Counted from the stretch's first letter, positions 38,084 through 48,678 are shown. The stretch is DNA of 54,422 nucleotides from Sphingobacteriia bacterium (GCA_041642035.1 JBEPXC010000003.1:1-54422), one strand, 5' to 3'. Program-made: numbers and translations. The notes: generated by a model from the letters alone, not told the origin.

Positions 38084-40156
38084 ATGAAGGAAATACCTGT
38101 TGCCCGGACACTTGAGTCTGAAATAATTGATTCTTACCGGTTATTTATTAAATATTACCATCAGGATCGTGACCTTGATTCCCTCCAGACCCTATTCTCT
38201 TCCCATATTACCTATATTGGCTCTGAAACAGACCAAATAAACCCCGATTATGAATCTGTACTCGAAGTATTCAAAAAAGATATAGACCACTGCCCCGAAT
38301 CCGTTGATTATTCCGAAAAACTTCTGAATGTAAATATAATTAAGCCGGATGTGGGCTTGTTGATTGCACATTTCGATACCAGGAGGTGTATTAAGGAGAT
38401 ACCTTTTGCTAACACAGATCAGAAATTTTCGGTGCTCTGGCAAAAAATCGATCAGCAGTGGCTGATTGTACATATTCATCTATCAAAGAGTGAATCCGGC
38501 CCCAAAAAGGGCGATTCTTTACCCTTGTCAGAACTCCAGGAAAAGAATCTTACCCTTGAAAAGCTGGTCAATAGAAGAACACGCGAATTGTGTAAAACCA
38601 CTATTGATCTTTCTGAAGCCCATAAAGAAATCATTGATATAAAACAACAATTCGAAACCATATTCGAAAGAACCAGCGATGGTATTATTGTAGCAGATTG
38701 GAAAAACCATCAATTTTTCATGATCAACCCAGTAATGTGCAACATTCTGGGCTATAACAGCCACCAAATGCAGAGATTTTGGCTCGATGACCTTATTCCT
38801 GAAGAACAGTTGAACCTTTCCATGGATAAAATAATACAGCAAGCTAATGGAGAAATACCCATTGCCGATAATATCCCCCTGAAATGCGCCAACCAGAAAA
38901 TCAGATATTTTGATATTACTTCACAGCAGATCAAAATTAAAAGAGCCATCTACCTGATAAGTCTTTTTCGGGATATTACTGATCAAAACAAGACCCTCCA
39001 GATAAGTCAACAGGCCGAAATTGCACAAAAAGCTTCTGAAGCAAAAAATCTTTTCCTGGCAAACATGAGCCACGAAATAAGAACTCCCGTTACAGGGATA
39101 ATGGGAATGAGCGAGATACTGACCAAAACCGAGCTTAACCCACAGCAGACCGAATACCTTAACATCATCAGGGAATCATCCAAAATACTGCTTACTCTCA
39201 TCAATGACATACTCGACATTTCTAAAATTGAAGCAGGCAAAATGGCCTTGAGACCTTCGGTTTTCAAACTTGGCGAACTGATCAAAAACATAAAAATTCT
39301 AACCCAACCCGGTCTAATCAATAGCAATAACAAGCTGGAAGTCATCCTTGAAAAAAACGTACCTGAGTTTCTCAATACCGACAAAATGCGTCTCGAACAG
39401 GTACTGATGAACCTGATTAATAATGCGATTAAATTTACAAAGAACGGGACCATTACCCTTCGCATTGAAAAGACTGATGCCAAAGGTAAAAATATGCTTA
39501 AAGTATTATTAACAGATACCGGACTGGGAATCAGCCCAGAAAGTCAGGACAAATTGTTTCAAAAATTTCAGCAAATAGACACCCCCCTTACACCCCCTGC
39601 CGACGGTTCGGGTCTGGGCTTGTATATTTGCCGGCAGCTGGTTACCCTAATGGAAGGAAATATTGGTGTATATAGCACACCCGGCAAAGGCAGCACATTC
39701 TGGTTTACCTTTAAATCAAAAGGGATGCTTAACGAGTGGGTATATTCTGAGGATGAAGATGAATTTACGGCAGAAGTTCCCCTTAATCTTAATGTACTGC
39801 TGGTAGATGATAAGAGGGTTAATTTACAGGTAATATCCATCATGCTTCAAGGGGCAAACTGCACCATCGAAACAGCCAATAATGGTCTTGAAGCTTTGGA
39901 AAAATTTAAACCTGAAAAACATGATGTGGTCCTGATGGATATTATGATGCCTCTGATGGATGGTTTAACGGCCATGAAAGAAATCAGGAAAAAACACCAG
40001 AACCTGCGCCCTATTATTGCCATAACAGCCAATGCCATGTGTGGGGATAAAGAGAAATACCTCGCCGAAGGGTTTGATGCATACATCACCAAACCCTTAA
40101 CCATGCAGAAGCTAACCTCTGAACTGCTGCAGTTGGGGCTGATGAAGCATAATTAA
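38084..40156 (+). CDS. Cytoplasmic hybrid histidine kinase SnoaL/NTF2-like-PAS-HisKA-HATPase-REC
   Basis: N-terminal RDLD.L..LFS.....IGS...W.IVHIHLS (NTF2-like); FLANMSHEIRTP; NLINNAIKFT; GSGLGL; MDIMMP. Confidence 0.9.
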   Translation: MKEIPVARTLESEIIDSYRLFIKYYHQDRDLDSLQTLFSSHITYIGSETDQINPDYESVLEVFKKDIDHCPESVDYSEKLLNVNIIKPDVGLLIAHFDTRRCIKEIPFANTDQKFSVLWQKIDQQWLIVHIHLSKSESGPKKGDSLPLSELQEKNLTLEKLVNRRTRELCKTTIDLSEAHKEIIDIKQQFETIFERTSDGIIVADWKNHQFFMINPVMCNILGYNSHQMQRFWLDDLIPEEQLNLSMDKIIQQANGEIPIADNIPLKCANQKIRYFDITSQQIKIKRAIYLISLFRDITDQNKTLQISQQAEIAQKASEAKNLFLANMSHEIRTPVTGIMGMSEILTKTELNPQQTEYLNIIRESSKILLTLINDILDISKIEAGKMALRPSVFKLGELIKNIKILTQPGLINSNNKLEVILEKNVPEFLNTDKMRLEQVLMNLINNAIKFTKNGTITLRIEKTDAKGKNMLKVLLTDTGLGISPESQDKLFQKFQQIDTPLTPPADGSGLGLYICRQLVTLMEGNIGVYSTPGKGSTFWFTFKSKGMLNEWVYSEDEDEFTAEVPLNLNVLLVDDKRVNLQVISIMLQGANCTIETANNGLEALEKFKPEKHDVVLMDIMMPLMDGLTAMKEIRKKHQNLRPIIAITANAMCGDKEKYLAEGFDAYITKPLTMQKLTSELLQLGLMKHN

Positions 40157-40186
40157 AAGCAGGACTCCCCTTGCACATCATTAGGT

Positions 40187-40933
40187 TTATGCTCGTTTAA
40201 GTATCTCCTTAACCAATTGCTGATAATCATTAGCGCCTATACTCGTTGGTTGATAGCTGAAGATATCGCACCCTTCATTAGGGGCTTCCGCAAGCGCAAC
40301 ATTGTTTCTAATCCTGGTCTTAAAGACCTTATCTCCGAAATGCGATTCGAGCGTATCCATTACATACCGGTTGAGAATTTTTCTTTTATCAAACTGGGTT
40401 ATAAAAATTCCGCTGATCTCCAGCATTGGATTTAATCTTTTCTTTATTTTGTCCAACAGGCCCAACAATTTTCCTATTCCCTGCAAAGCCAAATATTGCG
40501 CCTGCATGGGAATAAATATTTCATCGGCTGCCGTAAAAGCATTGATGGTGAGCAGTCCTAAGGAAGGAGGACAATCGATCAATATGTAATCGTAAGCCTC
40601 CCTTTCTGCATCCAGCAATTCTTTTAAAATAAACTCACGACCTGCTTCTGCTGCCAGCTCAAGCTCTGCCCCTCCCAATCCCGACGATGAGGGCACCAGC
40701 CACAAATTCTTATGTATTTTAACCCCAGCCAGCTCATGAGTGCCCTTAAGTGCTTCATAAATGCCATTGTCGGGTTCATGAATGGCCAGACTCTGACTCA
40801 TATTTGCTTGCGGGTCCATATCGATGAGTAATACCTTCTTCCCTTTTAAAGCAAGGCCTGCACCTATGTTTATAGCAGATGTGGTTTTTCCTACACCTCC
40901 TTTGTGGTTGCTTACAGCAATAATCTTTCCCAT
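40187..40933 (-). CDS. ParA/Soj family ATPase (orphan, no adjacent ParB)
   Basis: NHKGGVGKTT, IDMDPQAN, YDYILIDCPPSLGLLT.NA..AAD, IRNNVALAEAP. Confidence 0.93.
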   Translation of the reverse strand: MGKIIAVSNHKGGVGKTTSAINIGAGLALKGKKVLLIDMDPQANMSQSLAIHEPDNGIYEALKGTHELAGVKIHKNLWLVPSSSGLGGAELELAAEAGREFILKELLDAEREAYDYILIDCPPSLGLLTINAFTAADEIFIPMQAQYLALQGIGKLLGLLDKIKKRLNPMLEISGIFITQFDKRKILNRYVMDTLESHFGDKVFKTRIRNNVALAEAPNEGCDIFSYQPTSIGANDYQQLVKEILKRA

Positions 40934-41216
40934 AGAAGTGAAATATTTTCTAAAAAAAATGGTTTAGATAACCCGCTTACATACCCCCACCCTGGCAATG
41001 TCTTTGGATAGGATAATGTAAAGAGTGGTTTATCTTAATTTTTCAAAATGCAATAATAAGCTATTTTTAAAACAATAAACAAATTATTATCTACAAGTTT
41101 AATCCATTATTCACAAAGAGCTAGCTGAATGCTGTGGCTTACAGTACATATTTTTAACATCCGCTGAGAAAAATTCCTTAGTTTTGTGGCAACAAACACC
41201 AAAAAAATCATACAAA

Positions 41217-41678
41217 ATGGCCAATACGCTTTATACCGATCACGAAAACGCCCGACAAGTTATTGACAAATGCGATGCCTGTTACCTTGGAATGGTTGAT
41301 CAGGATGGAAATCCCTATGTTTTACCCTTCAACTTTGGGTATGAGAATGAAACCATTTATCTTCATTCAGCTCAGGAGGGCAAAAAAATCGATATACTCA
41401 AAAGCAGACCTCAGGTATGTGTTACCTTCAGTACCGACCATCAGTTGTTTCACCGGCACGAAACCATGGCCTGTAGTTATGGTATGCGTTACAGAAGTGT
41501 TTTGGCCCATGGCAAAACCATTTTTGTGGAAGATTATGATGAAAAGGTAAAAATCATGAACATTATAATGCGCAAATATACCGGCAGGGATTTCCCCTAT
41601 AATGCTCCCGCCATCAATAATGTCGCAATCTATAAAGTAGTGATAGAAAAAATTGAAACCAAAATATCCAACCTCTAA
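41217..41678 (+). CDS. Pyridoxamine 5'-phosphate oxidase-like flavin-binding protein (NimA-like)
   Basis: PYVLPFNFGY...IYLHSA.EGKKIDIL..RP.VC, YRSVL..G. Start set at ATG 41217. Confidence 0.85.
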   Translation: MANTLYTDHENARQVIDKCDACYLGMVDQDGNPYVLPFNFGYENETIYLHSAQEGKKIDILKSRPQVCVTFSTDHQLFHRHETMACSYGMRYRSVLAHGKTIFVEDYDEKVKIMNIIMRKYTGRDFPYNAPAINNVAIYKVVIEKIETKISNL

Positions 41679-41727
41679 TAGGGTTTAATATTCTGATCGC
41701 AATCTCTTTATATACCACTCACAGAAA

Positions 41728-42315
41728 TTAGTCTGAAGGGCCAGGCTTGTTGAAATAGATCCGCTTATCCGCCAGCTTCCATAGCTCATATACCAGAAAA
41801 GCAATAGCGGTACCCAGCAAAGCTCCGAAGAGGACATCGCCGGGATAATGCACCCCAAGATAAATACGGCTGTAGCCATTGAGTATGGCAAAGGTAAGCA
41901 CCAGGGGAATGATATAATTTACTTTATCGCGCAACAGTCGTATCATAAACACCGCAATGGCAAAGGAATTGGCCGAATGGGCAGATACAAAACTATATTT
42001 CCCACCTCGGTATTCATTAACTACATGCACAAGCCCTTCGAAAGATTCATCTCGTGAGGGCCTCAATCGCTGAAAATACTCTTTCAAAAGATTGGTGGTC
42101 TGATCCGACATGGTTATCAGCACCAGAAAAAAGAAAAATAACAGCAAGGTTCTCCATCCATAGAAACGGATACACAACCACACCAGAAACAAATACAAAG
42201 GGATCCATACATACTTATCACTTATCCAAAACATGATCTGATCTAACCAGGGTGCATGAAATCCATTAAGAAAAAGAAATAACGCCCGGTCTAATTGCAT
42301 TAAATATTCAAGCAT
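41728..42315 (-). CDS. PAP2 family phosphatase (lipid A 4'-phosphatase/undecaprenyl-PP phosphatase-like)
   Basis: K.YFQRLRP, SFVSAHSAN, SRIYLGVHYPGD. Confidence 0.9.
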   Translation of the reverse strand: MLEYLMQLDRALFLFLNGFHAPWLDQIMFWISDKYVWIPLYLFLVWLCIRFYGWRTLLLFFFFLVLITMSDQTTNLLKEYFQRLRPSRDESFEGLVHVVNEYRGGKYSFVSAHSANSFAIAVFMIRLLRDKVNYIIPLVLTFAILNGYSRIYLGVHYPGDVLFGALLGTAIAFLVYELWKLADKRIYFNKPGPSD

Positions 42316-42335
42316 AATAAGAAACTGTAAAATGA

Positions 42336-43334
42336 TTATTCTTCTATCTTTTGATTAAGAACTTTCCACAACACATCTTTGAGTTGAGTTATGCCCAGGG
42401 TGGTATGAGAGGAAATCATTACATAAGGTAGATCAGGAAGTTCTGGTTTTAATTCATTGAGCATTTGTTCGTCCGACATATCACATTTGGTGATTGCCAG
42501 TATCCTTTGCTTATCGAGCAATTCGGGATTAAACATGTTCAGCTCGTTAAGCAGCACTTCATATTCCTGTTTAATATTCTCACTATCCACAGGAATGAGA
42601 AACAACAGCACCGAATTGCGCTCTATATGCCTCAGAAAACGATGCCCCAGTCCTTTGCCTTCGTGTGCACCTTCAATGATACCAGGGATATCGGCCATTA
42701 CAAAGGATTTTTGATCCCGATAGGGCACCATGCCCAGATTGGGCACCAGGGTGGTGAAAGGATAATCAGCGATTTCAGGTTTGGCGGCCGATACTACCGA
42801 TAAAAGGGTTGATTTGCCCGCATTGGGAAAACCCACCAGCCCCACATCAGCCAATATTTTAAGCTCCATGACAACATTGTATTCCTGCCCGGGTTCTCCT
42901 GGCTGAGCATAGCGGGGCGTTTGATTGGTCGAGGTTTTGAAATGAATATTCCCCTGTCCTCCACGGCCACCCTCAAGTAAAATAATTTCCTGATCATTCT
43001 CGGTAATTTCGGCCATTATTTCCCCTGTCTCTGCATCCCGGGCTATGGTACCCAGGGGAACTTCGATGGTTACATCTTTGCCAAAGGCTCCTGTTTTGCC
43101 CTGCCCTTTTCCGCCCGTGCCATCCTCTGCAGCAACATGGCGGGTATATCTAAGGTGCAGCAAAGTCCATAAATTATTATTCCCCTTAAGAATCACGTGA
43201 CCACCTCGCCCACCATCTCCGCCATCAGGACCTCCACGTGGCACATATTTGGCCCGCATAAAATGCATGGAGCCTGCTCCGCCCTTTCCCGAGCGGCAAT
43301 TAATTTTTATATAATCTACAAAATTTGAAGCCAA
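42336..43334 (-). CDS. obgE: GTPase ObgE/CgtA
   Basis: [60 protein letters not shown]; TTG start. Confidence 0.97.
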   Translation of the reverse strand: MASNFVDYIKINCRSGKGGAGSMHFMRAKYVPRGGPDGGDGGRGGHVILKGNNNLWTLLHLRYTRHVAAEDGTGGKGQGKTGAFGKDVTIEVPLGTIARDAETGEIMAEITENDQEIILLEGGRGGQGNIHFKTSTNQTPRYAQPGEPGQEYNVVMELKILADVGLVGFPNAGKSTLLSVVSAAKPEIADYPFTTLVPNLGMVPYRDQKSFVMADIPGIIEGAHEGKGLGHRFLRHIERNSVLLFLIPVDSENIKQEYEVLLNELNMFNPELLDKQRILAITKCDMSDEQMLNELKPELPDLPYVMISSHTTLGITQLKDVLWKVLNQKIEE

Positions 43335-43507
43335 TGGTATTTGTTGTTATGTATGTATTACTATTATTGAATTGTTCGTTTATCACCAACCGATTGATTA
43401 TTTCAATCCTATTTACGCTCTTTTATATAATATTTTAAATGGAAGCGACTTTCGCTTTTCTCTTTCTCTTTTGTGAAGACATCATCTTGCGGATTCCACC
43501 TATATCT

Positions 43508-44125
43508 TCAACTTATCTCATCCTCCGTTAAGCTCTGAAGAATTTCTTTCTTTTGACGATAATACTCAACCACTTTGGCTATACGGGCAGAAACATCCTT
43601 TACCGGTGCCATTCCACTTACAAAGGATATTTTTTTTTGCTGCCTGTAATACTCTTTTAACGGCTTTGTTTGTTGATGATATATCTCCAGGCGTCGCCGC
43701 ATGGTGTGGGTGTTATCGTCTTCCCTTCCCGAATCTTCTGCCCTGCCCATCATTCGGCTAAAAAGTTCATCTTCCTCCACCATAAGGCAAATCACAATAT
43801 GCACCTGCGTTTCAAAGCGTGTCATCAATTGGTCAAGTATCCTGGCCTGATGAAGGGTTCGCGGAAAGCCATCGAATACCAGACCGGGTCCTTTCATATT
43901 CGCTAAAGCAGCACGATATAACTTACGGATAACCAATTGATCAGGTACCAGATGACCTTTATTCATATAAGAGGCTAATTCTTCTCCATAGCCACTACCC
44001 CGTCTCACCTCCTGGCGAAACATTTCACCCGTGGACAAATGCACAAGATTGTACCTGCATGCAATCCTGGAAGATTGTGTCCCTTTGCCCGAGCCGGGTG
44101 GTCCAAATAATATCATATTCAGCAT
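43508..44125 (-). CDS. adk: Adenylate kinase (short-LID type)
   Basis: FGPPGSGKGTQ, HLSTGE, G.LVPD, DGFPRT, GREDD, RL..Y. Start set at ATG 44125. Confidence 0.92.
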   Translation of the reverse strand: MLNMILFGPPGSGKGTQSSRIACRYNLVHLSTGEMFRQEVRRGSGYGEELASYMNKGHLVPDQLVIRKLYRAALANMKGPGLVFDGFPRTLHQARILDQLMTRFETQVHIVICLMVEEDELFSRMMGRAEDSGREDDNTHTMRRRLEIYHQQTKPLKEYYRQQKKISFVSGMAPVKDVSARIAKVVEYYRQKKEILQSLTEDEIS

Positions 44126-44174
44126 GATGTACAATTTTAGGTAATGTGCAATAAGGCAACCGCCAAGTTACAAA

Positions 44175-44732
44175 TTATTCTACTATCTTGTAAATATCAG
44201 CCAGATTACGTCCAAAACCATCGTAATCCAGGCCATAGCCAACTATGAAATCACGCGGTATCTTCATCCCTATGTAATCAGGGACAATATCCGTACGCAA
44301 AGCATCGGGCTTAAATAAAAGCGTGGCGACTTTTAAGCTGGCCGGATTATATTTCTTTAAGTCACCCAATAAATGAGACACCGTAATCCCACTATCAATA
44401 ATATCCTCCAGAATCACCACATTCCTGCCCTGAATATCATCCGTCAATCCTATCAGGGTTTTAACTTCTTCGGTGCTTTGTGTGCCCTTGTAGGAAGATA
44501 AACGAATAAAACTAATTTCACAAATGCCCTTATACGCCTTCATCAAATCTGATGAAAACATAAATGAGCCGTTGAGAATACACAAAAACAAGGGTGTATC
44601 ATTCGAAAAATCTTCATGTATTTTTTCCGCAATATCCACTACGGCTTCATGAATCCTTTCAGAATCAATGTATTTTACAAAATACTTATCCTGAACCTTT
44701 ATCTGGTTGGGTGTGTGTGTTTGATAACTCAT
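44175..44732 (-). CDS. hpt: Hypoxanthine phosphoribosyltransferase
   Basis: ILNGSFMF.SDL, SSYKGT.ST, VILEDIIDSG.T, LL.KP, FIVGYGLDY...GRNL. Confidence 0.95.
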   Translation of the reverse strand: MSYQTHTPNQIKVQDKYFVKYIDSERIHEAVVDIAEKIHEDFSNDTPLFLCILNGSFMFSSDLMKAYKGICEISFIRLSSYKGTQSTEEVKTLIGLTDDIQGRNVVILEDIIDSGITVSHLLGDLKKYNPASLKVATLLFKPDALRTDIVPDYIGMKIPRDFIVGYGLDYDGFGRNLADIYKIVE

Positions 44733-45056
44733 TCTTTAGGGTTTCTTTTGATATAATAGGGTTGTCTGTTTTATAGATCTGTGGCCCTGTCATGTTTAAG
44801 GCCAGGAGTTGTAATAGTTGCAGGGATTTTTGGTTCTCTTGCGATGTTTTTCTTTAATAGGATGCTTGAGTGACAAAGTTTTTAATTTACGAAAGTACAA
44901 AATTAACCCATTAAGAAGCGCTACCCAGTATTTATTAATAAAAACTATTAACATTTTGTGGAAAATCATTCCATACAGATCCTCTTTTTTGTATTATGTT
45001 TGCATAAAACGGCACCCACAGACCTTAACTTACCAAATATCCAAACGAAAATCTTC

Positions 45057-45560
45057 ATGATTAAAATAGGATTACTATCTGACACCCATGGATTTATACA
45101 CCCGGAAACATCCAGGATCTTTAAAGAGTGTGATGAAATTTGGCATGCCGGCGATTTTGGTGACTGGAATACGGTTGAAAAACTACGATCCATAAAACCT
45201 CTGCGGGGTGTATTTGGAAATATCGACGGAACAGAAATACGCCATGAATTCCCCGAAGTACTCCGCTTCGATTGTGAGGGAGTAGATGTATTGATAACCC
45301 ATATCGGTGGTTATCCGGGCTATTACCAGCCAAAGGTAAAGGCCATCATGCAGTTACGTCCTCCAGGATTATTTATCAGTGGCCATTCACATATCCTGAA
45401 AATCATTCATGATAAAAAATACGACTGCCTGCATCTCAATCCGGGAGCTGCAGGCAGACATGGTTTTCATAAGGTTATCACAATGTTACGTTTTATTATA
45501 GAGGGCCCTGTAATCAGGGACATGGAGGTGATAGAGTTTGATCGTGAGGTAACTCTTTAA
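45057..45560 (+). CDS. Metallophosphoesterase, YfcE/MJ0936 family
   Basis: LSDTH, HAGD, GNID, THIG, GHSH, NPGA. Start set at ATG 45057. Confidence 0.9.
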   Translation: MIKIGLLSDTHGFIHPETSRIFKECDEIWHAGDFGDWNTVEKLRSIKPLRGVFGNIDGTEIRHEFPEVLRFDCEGVDVLITHIGGYPGYYQPKVKAIMQLRPPGLFISGHSHILKIIHDKKYDCLHLNPGAAGRHGFHKVITMLRFIIEGPVIRDMEVIEFDREVTL

Positions 45561-48500
45561 GTTGCTCCATTAGTTCTTCTATAGCTGCATCCAGTTGAGG
45601 CCTGCGATTATGCAGACGATCGTGGAAATTTTCAGCCACCTGTATGTCGGGGGCTACCCCTGTTTTTTCCAGGTTTTCGCCCTCCAGGGTATAGCATCCC
45701 CAGCTGGGCAACCGACAAAAGGAACCATCAACAAATGACTTGCCCGAGGTGAAAATTATCCAACGGTAGGTTTCTACACCGATTATTTTCCCAAGATCCA
45801 GCTGGCGGAATCCTTCGGCGGTCATCTCTGCATCGCTAAGACTGCGTTCGTTGATGGTCAGCACCATGGGCTTTGCTGATGGGCCAAAATTGGGCTGGGG
45901 AGCAAGTTCCCCTCCACGGTATTTCCAGTTGAGGTATGGTCGTTGTGCTAAAAACTGAAGCACATCATCGTGCACATTGCCTCCCCGGTTGAATCTTATA
46001 TCAAACAGTAAAGCATTCTTACAGGGGCCGTAGGTGGTCATATCAATCAGAAATTGCTCCAATGACGAACCCGACATGTTTTTCATGTAAACATACGCGA
46101 TCTGATCATTTGATTTAGACGAAACATATTCCCTGTTTTCCCTGATCCATTCGTCGTATAACAGATTGTTGATTTCCTGCGGCGTATGCGGGCGCGACAC
46201 AAGGCTGAATTCATTATTACCTCTTTTGAAGGTCAGCTCCATCTCCCGTGGACGCGAAGCAAAATGGAAGTAATAATTACGATTCAGGGTTTCATCTATG
46301 CTTTTGCCGTCAAGGGCAACCAGCACATCACCTGCTCTAACAGGTCTTTGGGTGAGATCCAGATTTGAAGCTGTTATGATTCTATCCACCACATAAGGGT
46401 TCTCTTTTGAAAAAACGATTCCTGTCTCAGCGGTTTCTCCTTTATATTCAGGCTCTTCTTCCTTACCCTTGCTGGTAAAACCCATATGAGAGGCATTTAG
46501 CTCACCGAGCATATCGTTGAGCAGGACTCGTAAATTTTCACGCTTGCGCATATGAGGCAAAAATTGCTCGTAATAGGCAAGGGTAGCTTTCCAATCAACA
46601 CCATGAAAATCTTCATCATAAAAATTCTCTTCAAGGGTAGTCCAGGTCTCATAAAAAACCTGCGAAAACTCCTTATCGAGCCTGCGGCTGAAGTTATGGC
46701 TAATGGATATGGCCTCCATTTTATTATCCCCGGGTTGAATCTTACTAATGCTACCCTTAACCAGTGCCCAGAAGTTATCTTTTACATTCGCCAGTTGAAG
46801 ATTGGCTGATGCATCAGGGCCCTCAATTTTTTCTGTCTTTCTTTCTTCAAAAGGTTTCATCTCAGTTTTCCATAAAGCATACTCTCCCTTGTCATGATTG
46901 GAGACAAAAAACATCACCTGACCCTCTTTATAAGAATATACTCTTGGCAAATACTGCTGGCCCCCTTTTACTTCAATTTTCTCCCAGCGTTCCTGAATTC
47001 TTTCCAGATCCAGGGTGATTTCAATGGGCTGATCCAGGGTATCTTTGTCAGGTTTGTCGGCAAAGAGTTCATCAAAGGCATTTTGACGAAAAGGTTCAGC
47101 AAACCGGTGCAGGGCAATACGGTATATGCTGTTGTTGGTCTCTCCTCTCGGATAATTGGGGTTTACCCTGTCGGTAGAAAAATAAATATATTTTCCATCG
47201 GGCGACCACCAGGGCTGCGCTTGGGTAACCCCCGAGCGGGTAAGATTGATGGTTGTGCCCGAGGAGAGCTTATGGATTAAGATGTCTTGCTCGAAATTGC
47301 GGAAAGCCGTATAAACAATGTATTCGCCATCGGGAGAAAAATAGGGTGCAGAATTTTGAAAACCCCACAATTCGTCCTCGGCCACAACTTCTGTCTTGAA
47401 TTTTTCAAGGTCAGCAACAACCACTTCATTGCGCCCTGAAAGATAAACCGCTTTTTTACGGTCGGGACTGAGCGAAACCAACCGACTGGTCGCCGGTTTG
47501 TTTTCCAGTTGCTTTTCACCCCCTTGTCCGGTGGCATCTATGGTAAACAAATTAGCCCATCCCTCATGGGTACGGGTGTATAGGAGGGTTTTACTGTCAC
47601 TGAGCCATTGCACTTCAATAGCTCTCTCATCGGCCTTAAGCGGCATCTTCTTCACGAATTTGCCTTCCATATCCGAAACAAACAGCTCGCCCCTGGATAC
47701 AAACGCCAATTTTTTCTCATCAAGAGAAACATCAAACCACGTAATCTCTCCTTTTACATCAAAGCTTTGTTCTACCGCCAGTTCAGGTGCCTGAAACAAA
47801 CGTACATCGGGAACAACGACCTCTTCAGAAGAAACCTGGTACACATACAACTGGTAATCTTTTTCAAAAACGACTACGCTGCCATCAGCACTTACCTGAG
47901 GACGACGGATGGATCGCTCAAACTGTGTCAGAGCAGTCTTCTCCCCTTCCTTAAAAGTATAAAGGTTAAATTCCCCGTTATATTCGTCAGAAGCAAAATA
48001 GATCTTGCCTTTTTCATCAATAGAAGGCCACAAATCTTTCCCTTCATAGTCTGTTAGCTTACTAAACTCATCGGTAGTTGGATTATAAGATAGGATATCG
48101 GGCCTGTGTGCCCCCTTATAGCGTTTTCTATGCGGAAAGACCAGGCTCTCCCAACTCTCGGTGAATATATATGCTCCGCTTTGGGGATGCTCCAGAAGAT
48201 GGTGTTCAAGATTAAAGTAATGATCGAATAATCTTTGCGGAGTTCCACCTGTTACATTAACCGTGTATACCGAGCTCATATTTTCTCTCGATGAATGAAA
48301 ATAAATCGATTGAGAGTCCCACGACCAGGAATCGACCCTGTCAGAACCTTCATGCCAGGTTAATTGCTGTATCTCGCCTCCCTGTGCCGGCATCAGGTAA
48401 ACATTGTCGTTGCCTCCGCGTGTTGAACTAAAAGCAATCCATTTGCCATCGGGCGAAAAGCGTGGAACAGAAGCCTTTCCTTCCAGCGAAGTAAGCCGGT

Positions 48501-48678
48501 AAGCTGTTCCGCCGGCCCTAGCCACTTGCCACAGATCATTTTCATACACAAACACTATCGCCTGCCCATCAGGCGAAACCGTTGGATCGGATATAAAATA
48601 AGCCTTAACATCATTGGCTTTCATTGAGGTGATGCTTATCAGCATGGCCATCAACAAATACATAATTTTTTGAGTCAT
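45514..48678 (-). CDS. Tricorn-like S41 peptidase (beta-propellers, PDZ, S41 catalytic domain), secreted
   Basis: Signal peptide; PD40 repeats (P.FSPDGKWIAF, WSPDGKYIYF); MLGELNASH, D.RFNRGG, S.SDAE, E..GV.PDI.V. Confidence 0.92.
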   Translation of the reverse strand: MTQKIMYLLMAMLISITSMKANDVKAYFISDPTVSPDGQAIVFVYENDLWQVARAGGTAYRLTSLEGKASVPRFSPDGKWIAFSSTRGGNDNVYLMPAQGGEIQQLTWHEGSDRVDSWSWDSQSIYFHSSRENMSSVYTVNVTGGTPQRLFDHYFNLEHHLLEHPQSGAYIFTESWESLVFPHRKRYKGAHRPDILSYNPTTDEFSKLTDYEGKDLWPSIDEKGKIYFASDEYNGEFNLYTFKEGEKTALTQFERSIRRPQVSADGSVVVFEKDYQLYVYQVSSEEVVVPDVRLFQAPELAVEQSFDVKGEITWFDVSLDEKKLAFVSRGELFVSDMEGKFVKKMPLKADERAIEVQWLSDSKTLLYTRTHEGWANLFTIDATGQGGEKQLENKPATSRLVSLSPDRKKAVYLSGRNEVVVADLEKFKTEVVAEDELWGFQNSAPYFSPDGEYIVYTAFRNFEQDILIHKLSSGTTINLTRSGVTQAQPWWSPDGKYIYFSTDRVNPNYPRGETNNSIYRIALHRFAEPFRQNAFDELFADKPDKDTLDQPIEITLDLERIQERWEKIEVKGGQQYLPRVYSYKEGQVMFFVSNHDKGEYALWKTEMKPFEERKTEKIEGPDASANLQLANVKDNFWALVKGSISKIQPGDNKMEAISISHNFSRRLDKEFSQVFYETWTTLEENFYDEDFHGVDWKATLAYYEQFLPHMRKRENLRVLLNDMLGELNASHMGFTSKGKEEEPEYKGETAETGIVFSKENPYVVDRIITASNLDLTQRPVRAGDVLVALDGKSIDETLNRNYYFHFASRPREMELTFKRGNNEFSLVSRPHTPQEINNLLYDEWIRENREYVSSKSNDQIAYVYMKNMSGSSLEQFLIDMTTYGPCKNALLFDIRFNRGGNVHDDVLQFLAQRPYLNWKYRGGELAPQPNFGPSAKPMVLTINERSLSDAEMTAEGFRQLDLGKIIGVETYRWIIFTSGKSFVDGSFCRLPSWGCYTLEGENLEKTGVAPDIQVAENFHDRLHNRRPQLDAAIEELMEQLKELPHDQTLSPPCP

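Noticed and set aside
23400-41200. Genomic island (looks more AT-rich by eye)
   Set aside because: It contains core-type genes (feoB, recQ) and has no integrase, tRNA or flanking direct repeats. GC content was not computed, so the shift is unverified.
41217-41678. Calling nimA (metronidazole resistance)
   Set aside because: The motifs support only the broad flavin-binding family; there is no IS promoter or other evidence of resistance function.
43191-43201. TCACGTGA palindrome as parS for the orphan ParA
   Set aside because: It matches only the core, lacks the TGTT/AACA arms of canonical parS, and lies in obgE coding sequence.
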